From an uncultured Chloroflexia bacterium (lineage in GTDB: Bacteria > Chloroflexota > Limnocylindria > QHBO01): a stretch of 64,000 bases of DNA. Numbering within the stretch: position 1 is the first letter of the stretch; each line of letters opens with the position of its first letter. The translations under genes were made by a program, and so were the position numbers. Shown here piece by piece: positions 47,157-55,024 of the stretch. The notes under the pieces are model-generated. The model worked only from the letters and a program-made list of their open reading frames with translations, was not told the DNA's origin and ran no database searches. The stretch spans positions 160,001-224,000 of the forward strand of contig CAWGTN010000001.1 of NCBI GenBank assembly GCA_963825525.1, given 5' to 3'.

Positions 47157-48608
47157 GTGTCTGCACAACTGACTGCCCCCGCTGCCATCGTCCTGGCCGC
47201 GGGCCAGGGCACCCGCATGCGCTCTCGCATCCCGAAGGTGCTGCATCCGCTCGCCGGCCTTCCCATGATCGAGCACGTACTCGACGCGTTGCGCGGCGCC
47301 GGAGTCGATCGCCCGGTGGTGGTCACCGGTCACGGAGCGGATGCCGTCGAGGCTGTGGTTCGAGACCGTGCGACGACGGTCCGCCAGGAGCCGCAACTCG
47401 GAACCGCGGACGCCGTCCGGGTCGGATTGTCGGTGCTTGACGTCGGGGCCACCGAGGTCCTCGTGACCATGGGTGACGTGCCGCTCCAATCCGTGGATCT
47501 CTACGCGGACCTCGTTGCCGAGCGCCAACGCGCGGACGCCGCGATCACGCTGGCCACCACTCGGCGTGCCGACCCCACCGGCTACGGCCGCATCGTTCGT
47601 GACACCGCGGGCGAGGTCTCGAAGATCGTCGAGGAACGGGACGCCGATGATGCGACCCGCCGCCTCACCGAGGTCAACGTCGGGACGTACGCGTTCGACA
47701 CCGCCTGGCTGCGGACACGTATCGATCGGGTCGGGGTGTCGGACTCCGGTGAGCGCTACCTGACCGACCTTGTCGCGCTGGCCGTCGCCGAGCACCGGGC
47801 CGTCCGCACCGTCGAGGTCCGCGACGCGGACGACACCATGGGCATCAACGACCGCGTGATGCTCGCCGCGGCCGAGGAGCGGATGCGTGGCCGAATCACG
47901 GAACGACACATGCGCAACGGCGTGACGATCGTCGATCCGGCCACGACCCGCATCGACGCGGCCGTCGAGATCGAGCAGGACGTCAGGATCGAGCCGTGGA
48001 CCATTCTCGAGGGTCGGACGACGGTCGCCAGAGACGCGATCATCGGACCCAACACGCACGTCCGCGACAGTCGAGTCGGGGAACGGAGCCGCGTGTGGGC
48101 GAGCGTGCTCGAGGAGGCGGCGGTGGCAGAGGACGTGCAGATCGGACCCTTCGCGCACCTGCGCCCGGGCGCCGACGTGGGTGCTCGGTGCCGGATCGGC
48201 AATTTCGCCGAGATCAAGCGGAGCCGCCTGGGGGCGGGGACCCAGCAGCACCATTTCAGCTATATCGGCGATGCGGAGGTCGGGGAGAACGTCAATATCG
48301 GCGCGGGAGCGGTCACCGCGAACTTCGATGGGCAGGCCAAGCACCGCACGGCGGTCGGGGATCGTGCCAAGATCGGCGTCTCGACCATGATGGTGGCGCC
48401 GGTCACGATCGGTGAGGGCGCCACGACCGGGGCCGGGGCTGTCGTGACGCGCGACGTCGCGCCCGGCAAGACGGTGGTCGGGATGCCCGCCCGGCCGATC
48501 GAGCTTCGTCGGCGCTCCGTCGCGCCGAAGGATGGCGAAGCGCAACATGTCGCCGACGCGGCGCCCGTCCCGACCGGGACGGATCGGAACTCGCAGGGAG
48601 GCGGATAG
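47157..48608 (+). CDS. glmU: Bifunctional GlmU
   Basis: LAAGQGTRM, QLGTADA, GYGRI, YLTD, hexapeptide repeats, HFSYIGDA. Confidence 0.97.
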   Translation: MSAQLTAPAAIVLAAGQGTRMRSRIPKVLHPLAGLPMIEHVLDALRGAGVDRPVVVTGHGADAVEAVVRDRATTVRQEPQLGTADAVRVGLSVLDVGATEVLVTMGDVPLQSVDLYADLVAERQRADAAITLATTRRADPTGYGRIVRDTAGEVSKIVEERDADDATRRLTEVNVGTYAFDTAWLRTRIDRVGVSDSGERYLTDLVALAVAEHRAVRTVEVRDADDTMGINDRVMLAAAEERMRGRITERHMRNGVTIVDPATTRIDAAVEIEQDVRIEPWTILEGRTTVARDAIIGPNTHVRDSRVGERSRVWASVLEEAAVAEDVQIGPFAHLRPGADVGARCRIGNFAEIKRSRLGAGTQQHHFSYIGDAEVGENVNIGAGAVTANFDGQAKHRTAVGDRAKIGVSTMMVAPVTIGEGATTGAGAVVTRDVAPGKTVVGMPARPIELRRRSVAPKDGEAQHVADAAPVPTGTDRNSQGGG

Positions 48609-48619
48609 AACACCGCCCA

Positions 48620-50032
48620 ATGGACGGTAGCAGTACCCCCGGCAACCCGGTCTTCGACCTCGCGGTTGTCGTCATTCTCATCCTCGTCGGCGGCTTCTTC
48701 GCGGCCAGCGAGATGGCACTCATCACGGTCAAGCGGCACCGTCTCGGCCAGCTGGCGGAGAGCGGCAACCGCTCGGCTCGCACGGCCCGGCGGCTGACCG
48801 ATGACCCAAGCCGGTTCCTTGCCACGATCCAGATCGCGATCACGTTCCTCGGCTTCCTCGCCGGCGCCATCGGCGCGAGTGCGTTCTCGATCCACCTGGC
48901 GGAGCTCATCGACGACATTCCGTGGACGCCCATCCAGGAAGCGGCCAACAGCATCGCCTTCGTGATCGTGACCCTCGTGATCGCGCTCGTCTCGATCATC
49001 ATCGGCGAGCTCGTGCCGAAGACGCTGGCGCTGAACTTCCCCGAGCGCCTGGCCCTGTTCGTCGCGACGCCCATCGGCTTCCTCCAGGGTCTGCTCTCGC
49101 CGATCGTGTGGGTCGTATCGCGCAGCAGCGCGCTCCTCGTCCGACTGCTGGGTGGGACCGAGAAGCCCCAGGGCGGCTATCTCTCGACCGAAGAGCTCAA
49201 GCTGCTGGTGGAGACAGGTTCGGAGCAGGGCGAGATCGAGGAAGAGGAGAAGGAGATGATCCACGGGGTCATCGAGCTCGGGGACAAGCGCGTCCACGAG
49301 GTCATGGTCCCGCGCATCGGCATCCGCGCCATCAACGTCGATGACACGCTCGACGAGGTGCTCGACATGATCATCGCGGCCGGCCACTCACGCCTGCCGG
49401 TCTTCGACGAGAGCCTCGACAACATCGTCGGCATCCTGTACGCCAAGGACCTCCTGCCGTACCTCAAGGGCAACGGCCGTGCCAACGGTCAGGTCGATAT
49501 CCGCGCGCTCGTCCGAGCACCGGTCTATGTCCCCGAATCGAAGCCGGTGGACGACCTGCTGCACGAGATGCAGGTGGCCAAGCGCCACATCGCCATCGTG
49601 GTGGACGAGTACGGTGGGACGGCGGGCCTGGTGACCATGGAGGACGTGGTCGAGGAGATCGTGGGAGAGATCCAGGACGAGTACGATTCCGAGGAGCCGA
49701 TGGTCGAGAACGTCTCGACCGAGGATACCGATGCGTTCCGCCTGGACGGGCGGGTCAGCATGGACGACCTGCGCGATCTGTTCGACCTGGGTGACGATGA
49801 TGAGCCCGACGAGGACGCCTACGACACCGTCGGCGGGTTCGTGGTGCACCGGGTGGGCCGCATCCCGCTGCCGGGAGCCGAAATCACCTTCCGCGACGGC
49901 GTGGACCTGCAGGTCGAGGCCGCCGAGCCTCGGCGCGTGGCACGGGTCCTGGCGTCCCGCCCACGGGCCGAATCGGCCCTGTCCGAGCAGGACTCGGCCG
50001 GATCAGCCGCCGACGGGCAGCCTTCCGCCTGA
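48620..50032 (+). CDS. Hemolysin/CNNM family protein (DUF21-CBS-CorC)
   Basis: [46 protein letters not shown]. Confidence 0.93.
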   Translation: MDGSSTPGNPVFDLAVVVILILVGGFFAASEMALITVKRHRLGQLAESGNRSARTARRLTDDPSRFLATIQIAITFLGFLAGAIGASAFSIHLAELIDDIPWTPIQEAANSIAFVIVTLVIALVSIIIGELVPKTLALNFPERLALFVATPIGFLQGLLSPIVWVVSRSSALLVRLLGGTEKPQGGYLSTEELKLLVETGSEQGEIEEEEKEMIHGVIELGDKRVHEVMVPRIGIRAINVDDTLDEVLDMIIAAGHSRLPVFDESLDNIVGILYAKDLLPYLKGNGRANGQVDIRALVRAPVYVPESKPVDDLLHEMQVAKRHIAIVVDEYGGTAGLVTMEDVVEEIVGEIQDEYDSEEPMVENVSTEDTDAFRLDGRVSMDDLRDLFDLGDDDEPDEDAYDTVGGFVVHRVGRIPLPGAEITFRDGVDLQVEAAEPRRVARVLASRPRAESALSEQDSAGSAADGQPSA

Positions 50033-50043
50033 CCGACCGTCCG

Positions 50044-50214
50044 TCAGCGGTTGCGAAGCCAGATCGCGGAGTTCAGTGCGGTTGCGAAGCTGAGCCACGC
50101 CAGGTAGGGAAGCAGGAGCGCGTCCGCCACCCGATGGTGCCGGAAGATCGCGATCGTGGTGGCTTCGACGAGCCACATGGCGAGAATCTCGATCAGTGCC
50201 ACGCCCGGTGCGCG
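50044..50214 (-). pseudogene. tspO: C-terminal fragment of a TspO/MBR protein (not in ORF track)
   Basis: Minus-strand translation RAPGVALIEILAMWLVEATTIAIFRHHRVADALLLPYLAWLSFATALNSAIWLRNR* matches the last two TspO helices; the N-terminal part is absent. Confidence 0.75.
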
Positions 50215-50231
50215 TGAGGCGCCGCACGAAC

Positions 50232-51326
50232 CTAGACCGCGATGACGGAACGAACGAGCTGCGCGAGCTCACGTTTGCCGTCGGGAAGGCAGGGCAGGAG
50301 ATCAAGCTGCTCGAGCGCGCGGTCCCGATAGCGGCGCGCCTCGGACATGGAGTGCTCTCGAGCTCCAGATGCCTCGAGCAGAGCCAGGACCTCTGCCACG
50401 TCCTTGTCACTCATCGGAGTGGTGGTCATCGGTCCGGGGCCACCGCCATCGGTCGCGCGAATGCCATCGTGGTAGATCGCCAGCAGGCGATCACGGTCGC
50501 CGGCCGATGCATGCTCGAGCGCCCACACGATCGGCAGGGTCTTCTTGCGCTTGCGCACGTCACCGGCCGCCGCCTTGCCGGACTCGGTCGAGCTCCAGAA
50601 CGTGCCCTTGACGTCATCGGCCATCTGGAACGCCATGCCGAGGTCGTAGCCGAACCGACGATATGCGTCCACAACGTCCTCATCGTCCGTCGCCAGGATG
50701 GCGCCTGCCTGTACCGACGCGGCAAGCAGTGCCGCCGTCTTGCGCCCGATCATCTCCAGGTAGCCGTCGACGGTGACGTCGGTCCTGCGCTCGAAGGTGA
50801 TGTCCAGGAACTGGCCCTCGCACAGCGCGAGGCACGTCTCGTCGTAGATTCGCATGAGCGCGAGGACGCGTCGCTCGCTGAACTCGTCCAGCAGGCGGTA
50901 CAGGGCGAGTCGGGAGAGGGCAAACAGGGCGTCGCCGGCGTTGATGGCGAGCGGGATTCCCCAGATGGCCCACAGGGTGGGCCGATGTCGCCGCTCGAGG
51001 TCGCCATCCTCGATGTCATCGTGCACCAGGCTGAAGTTGTGACCCAGCTCGACCGCGGCCGCGCCGGGCATGGCCGCCCGATAGTCGCCGGTCAGCGACT
51101 GGTAGGCGAGTGCGCCGAGCAACGGACGCAACCGCTTGCCGCGGACGGCACTGTCGCCGTCCAGGCCCAGGTGGTAGGCGAGCATCTCGTACAGGGATCG
51201 GGCCTGCCCGTCGCGCTCGTCGAGCACGCTCGACATCTCGCGCTCGATGTCGGCCAGGATGTCGCTAAACTCGGTCCTGATGTCCACGCCGGAAGGGTAC
51301 CCGACCTCCTCGAGCAGGCGGGTCAT
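50232..51326 (-). CDS. Polyprenyl diphosphate synthase (short-chain FPP/GGPP type likely)
   Basis: GKRLRP, FSLVHDDIED with Phe at -5, RRHRPT, GQFLD, KTA, FQMADD. Confidence 0.93.
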   Translation of the reverse strand: MTRLLEEVGYPSGVDIRTEFSDILADIEREMSSVLDERDGQARSLYEMLAYHLGLDGDSAVRGKRLRPLLGALAYQSLTGDYRAAMPGAAAVELGHNFSLVHDDIEDGDLERRHRPTLWAIWGIPLAINAGDALFALSRLALYRLLDEFSERRVLALMRIYDETCLALCEGQFLDITFERRTDVTVDGYLEMIGRKTAALLAASVQAGAILATDDEDVVDAYRRFGYDLGMAFQMADDVKGTFWSSTESGKAAAGDVRKRKKTLPIVWALEHASAGDRDRLLAIYHDGIRATDGGGPGPMTTTPMSDKDVAEVLALLEASGAREHSMSEARRYRDRALEQLDLLPCLPDGKRELAQLVRSVIAV

Positions 51327-51361
51327 GGCGCGTTCGTCGCGGACGGAAGGGACAGCATCGC

Positions 51362-51371
51362 TATCATGATA
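51362..51371. promoter_or_regulatory. Palindromic TATCATGATA, possible bidirectional -10 between polyprenyl synthase and recO
   Basis: Perfect 10-bp palindrome giving TATCAT on both strands inside a 77-nt divergent spacer. Confidence 0.45.
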
Positions 51372-51403
51372 CGTTCATGTAGCAAGTTCTGCACCGCGGC
51401 CCG

Positions 51404-52201
51404 ATGAGCCCGAGGCCGCGCGTCTACAAGACTGAGGCGATCGTGCTGCGCTCGATGAACCTGGGCGAGGCAGATCGCGTGCTCACCGTCCTCACCCCAC
51501 GGCTCGGCAAGCTGCGCGTGATCGCGAAGGGCGTCCGTCGCACGCGATCCCGGATCGGCGGGGCGCTCGAGCCGTTCAGCGACGTGCAGCTCGTGCTGGC
51601 CGTCGGCCGCACATTCGACATCGTGACCTCATCGTCCCTCGAGGATCCGCATCTCGGCCTTCGCAATGACCTCCACTCGACGGCCGCCGCCTGGTACGTC
51701 GTCGAGCTGGCAGATCGGTTCTGCGAGGGGGCCGCCGACTCGCACGAGGCGTTTCGGCTCCTGGCCCAGTCACTCTCTGCCCTCGACGCGGGGTCAGCCG
51801 TGCAGCGGGAGGTCGTGGCGCGCTGGTTCGAGCTCGCCTTGCTCAATGCCATGGGGTTCCGACCGGAGCTCACCCGCTGCCTCGAGTGCGGGGCCGGCAT
51901 CGAGCCCGTGGGGAACGCGTTCTCGCCGGCCGCCGGTGGCGTCGTGTGTCCGCAGTGCTCGCACGCGAGCCTTGGGGCTCGGCCGGTGTCGGTCGGTGCG
52001 CTCAAGGTCCTGCGGCACCTCCAGCGCTCGCCGCTCGTCGGCGTCCTCGGCCTGCGCCTCGAAGCGCCCCTCCATCGCGAGGTCGAGCGGCTCCTCCATG
52101 GCGCCGTATCCGCGGTGCTGGAGCGCGAGCTTCGGTCACGCGACTTCCTCGACGAGGTTGCTGCCCGCGAGGCGTCGGCAGGCGTCGTGGAGGTGGGCTG
52201 A
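51404..52201 (+). CDS. recO: DNA repair protein RecO
   Basis: GEADR, AKGVRR, CLEC...CPQC Zn finger. Confidence 0.95.
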   Translation: MSPRPRVYKTEAIVLRSMNLGEADRVLTVLTPRLGKLRVIAKGVRRTRSRIGGALEPFSDVQLVLAVGRTFDIVTSSSLEDPHLGLRNDLHSTAAAWYVVELADRFCEGAADSHEAFRLLAQSLSALDAGSAVQREVVARWFELALLNAMGFRPELTRCLECGAGIEPVGNAFSPAAGGVVCPQCSHASLGARPVSVGALKVLRHLQRSPLVGVLGLRLEAPLHREVERLLHGAVSAVLERELRSRDFLDEVAAREASAGVVEVG

Positions 52202-52298
52202 GCCGATCCACACCCCCGGGTCGGGACGGGGCCCCATCGGATAGACTCGGAGGTCCAATCGGTCATTTCCGGTTGCCACTCAGGAGTCATCGCCGCCC

Positions 52299-53666
52299 GT
52301 GCCAGCCCCGAACTTCGATGTGATTGTCAGCCTCGCAAAGCGACGCGGGTTCGTGTTCCCGTCCAGTGAGATCTATGGCGGCATGGCCGGCTTCTGGGAC
52401 TACGGCCCGCTCGGCGTGGAGCTGAAGAACAACATCAAGGCAGCGTGGTGGCGGCACATGGTCCAGCTGCGCGACGACGTTGTCGGCCTGGATGCCTCGA
52501 TCATCATGAACCCGCGAGTCTGGGAGGCGAGCGGACACGTGGCGGGGTTCAGCGACCCGATGGTCGACTGCCGCAACTGCAAGAACCGCTTCCGCGAGGA
52601 CGATCTCAAGGGCAAGCCGTCGGAGATCGCCTGCCCGAATTGTGGCAACCGGGGCACCCTGACCGAGGCCCGCCAATTCAACCTGATGTTCGCGACGACC
52701 GTCGGACCGGTGGCTGACACCGCGTCGGTTGCGTATCTGCGCCCGGAGACCGCGCAGGCCATGTTCGTTCAGTTCGAGAACGTCGCCACGTCGATGCGGC
52801 GCAAGCTGCCGTTCGGGATCGCCCAGATGGGTCGCTCCTTCCGAAACGAGATCACTCCGGGCAACTTCATCTTCCGGCTGCGCGAGTTCGAGCAGATGGA
52901 GATGGAGTTCTTCGTCCACCCGCGCGACGAGGACGAATGGTTCGCCCGCTGGGTCGAGACGCGCCACGCCTGGTGGACCGACGTTCTCGGCATCTCGCCG
53001 GAGCGTCTGCGCCTGCGACCGCACGAGGCCGATGAGCTGAGCCACTACAGCAAGCAGACCACGGACATCGAGTACGAGTTCCCGATCGGCTGGTCCGAGC
53101 TGGAGGGCGTCGCCGATCGGACCGATTTCGACCTTCGCGCGCACGCCGCGGGCAGCGGCAAGAAGCTCGAGGTATTCGACGAAGAGGCGAACGAGCACAT
53201 CGTCCCGTACGTGATCGAGCCAGCCATGGGCGTGGACCGTGCCTTCCTCACCGTCCTGGTGGACGGCTTCACCGAGGAGCAGCTCGAGAGGGAGAAGCGC
53301 GTCGTACTCCGGATCCGACCGGATCTCGCGCCGATCAAGGCGGCGGTGCTCCCTCTGCTGCGCAACCGCCCCGAGCTCGTGGAGCGAGCGCGCCGGCTGA
53401 CCGCGGACATCAAGCCACTCGCGGCGGCCATGTACGACGACACGGCCAGCATCGGCAAGCTTTACCGCCGCCAGGATGAGATCGGCACGCCGTTCTGCGT
53501 CACGGTCGACCCGGAGTCCCTCGATGACGGGGCGGCGACCATCCGTGACCGCGACACGATGACCCAGGAACGTGTCGCATTCGACCTGGTCCCACAGCGG
53601 ATCGCCGACCTGGTGGCTGGGAGAACGCCCTGGGAGGGCGTACCACGGGAGCGCCCGGAGGGCTGA
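52299..53666 (+). CDS. glyQS: Glycyl-tRNA synthetase, homodimeric (alpha2) type
   Basis: KRRGFVF, YLRPETAQ, FRNEITP, REFEQME, IGKLYRRQDEIGTP. Confidence 0.97.
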   Translation: MPAPNFDVIVSLAKRRGFVFPSSEIYGGMAGFWDYGPLGVELKNNIKAAWWRHMVQLRDDVVGLDASIIMNPRVWEASGHVAGFSDPMVDCRNCKNRFREDDLKGKPSEIACPNCGNRGTLTEARQFNLMFATTVGPVADTASVAYLRPETAQAMFVQFENVATSMRRKLPFGIAQMGRSFRNEITPGNFIFRLREFEQMEMEFFVHPRDEDEWFARWVETRHAWWTDVLGISPERLRLRPHEADELSHYSKQTTDIEYEFPIGWSELEGVADRTDFDLRAHAAGSGKKLEVFDEEANEHIVPYVIEPAMGVDRAFLTVLVDGFTEEQLEREKRVVLRIRPDLAPIKAAVLPLLRNRPELVERARRLTADIKPLAAAMYDDTASIGKLYRRQDEIGTPFCVTVDPESLDDGAATIRDRDTMTQERVAFDLVPQRIADLVAGRTPWEGVPRERPEG

Positions 53667-53669
53667 CCG

Positions 53670-54407
53670 ATGCTCGACGAGGTGCGGACGGCGTTCGACC
53701 AGGGCAGGCATGAGGATGTGCTCGGCCTCACCGAGCACATCCTTGCCGAGCGACCGGGGGACGACGCGGCGCACGAGTACCGTGCCCGGTCCTTCCTGGC
53801 GATGGGCAGGCTGGACGATGCGGAGCGGCACGCCCAGGACGCGGTGCGGCTGGACCCCGACGAGATCCGCTACCGGGAGCTGCTGGCGCAGGTGCTCGCA
53901 TCCGAAGGAGCGCACCGCGACGCGGCAGTCGAGTTCGGCAGGCTGGCCCGCAACGATCCGCGCGTCACGACATGGACACTGGCCGAGGCCGAGGAACGAC
54001 TCGGCGCGGCGCAGCCCGCCATGAGCGTCGAGGCTGCGCGACGCGCGGTCAAGCTCGAGCCGGGCAACGGTGCGGCGCAGCTGGCGCTGGCCAGGGCGCT
54101 GGTCCGGACCGGCGACGCGCGCGGCGCCTACCAGGCCGCTCGGCAGGCCGTGGCGCTGCTCCCGAACGATCCGACCGCCAGGGAAGCCCTCGCCGATGCG
54201 CACTGGCTGGCCGACGACGACGCCGCGGCGTTCGAGGAGTTCCGCACCCTGGCCCACGACCTCGCCGGCCCCGAGCGTGCGCGCGTCATCGGCAAGGCGC
54301 GATTCCTCTATCGGCAGCATGCCGGGTGGCTCGGCGGCCTCCTCGGCCGGGTCCATGTCCTGTTCGAGCTCGCCTTCCTGCGTGGATGGCTGAAGGTCGG
54401 TCGATGA
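53670..54407 (+). CDS. Tetratricopeptide repeat protein
   Basis: Repeated A..A...AV.L.P helical units; hydrophobic/amphipathic C-terminus. Confidence 0.85.
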   Translation: MLDEVRTAFDQGRHEDVLGLTEHILAERPGDDAAHEYRARSFLAMGRLDDAERHAQDAVRLDPDEIRYRELLAQVLASEGAHRDAAVEFGRLARNDPRVTTWTLAEAEERLGAAQPAMSVEAARRAVKLEPGNGAAQLALARALVRTGDARGAYQAARQAVALLPNDPTAREALADAHWLADDDAAAFEEFRTLAHDLAGPERARVIGKARFLYRQHAGWLGGLLGRVHVLFELAFLRGWLKVGR

Positions 54408-54952
54408 CCCTGCACATCGCCACGGCCCAGACCGACGAGCTCGACCCGTCCCGCATTGCCGAGCTCACGTCGCTCTGCGCGTCCGCGTTCGGCGAGCCGT
54501 TCGCCGAGATCTGGGAGCGCGTCGGCCCCGGCCTCCATGTCATGGGCGAGCTCGAGGGCCGGCTGGTGGCGCACGCGATGATCGTCGATCGGCGGCTGTA
54601 CGTCGGCCACGAAGCCGACCTGGCGATCGACGTGGGCTACATCGAGCACGTCTCCACCCTGCCCGAGGTGCAGGGTGGAGGGCACGGAACGGCGACCATG
54701 CGGCGCGTGGGCGAGATCATCGGCGAGGAGTACGCCCTCGGTGCGCTGGCCACCAGCCACAACGGCTTCTACCGGCGTCTCGGGTGGGAGTCGTGGACCG
54801 GGCCGACGTCCATTCGCATGCCGGACGGTGAGCGCGTGCGCAGTCCGTCACGGGACGCCGATATCATGATCCTGCGGACACCGCGCACGCCGCCCGGACT
54901 CGTCCTCGATGCGGCCGTGGCGGTTGACTGGCGCACGGGGGATTCCTGGTAG
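54404..54952 (+). CDS. GNAT acetyltransferase, AAC(2')-I-like
   Basis: VAHAMIVDRRL, GYIEHV, YALGAL, GWESWTGPTS; terminal DWRTGDSW resembles mycobacterial AAC(2')-Ic DWRAGDVW. Confidence 0.8.
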   Translation: MTLHIATAQTDELDPSRIAELTSLCASAFGEPFAEIWERVGPGLHVMGELEGRLVAHAMIVDRRLYVGHEADLAIDVGYIEHVSTLPEVQGGGHGTATMRRVGEIIGEEYALGALATSHNGFYRRLGWESWTGPTSIRMPDGERVRSPSRDADIMILRTPRTPPGLVLDAAVAVDWRTGDSW

Positions 54953-55024
54953 AGCCTCGATCGGAGCTCGCGCGGTACAATTTGGATTCCCCCCGAAGCG
55001 TTGAACGAGGAGCCGATTCGCCCT

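Noticed and set aside
48620-50032. Hemolysin toxin
   Set aside because: DUF21-CBS-CorC architecture indicates a CNNM/CorB-type Mg2+ homeostasis protein
51365-51395. LexA/SOS box upstream of recO
   Set aside because: GTTC half-sites are present, but there is no GAAC-N4-GTTC arrangement
52202-52298. T-box upstream of glyQS
   Set aside because: The spacer is 97 nt with no T-box consensus (GGTGGNACCGCG); only a TAGACT -10-like element and an SD are present
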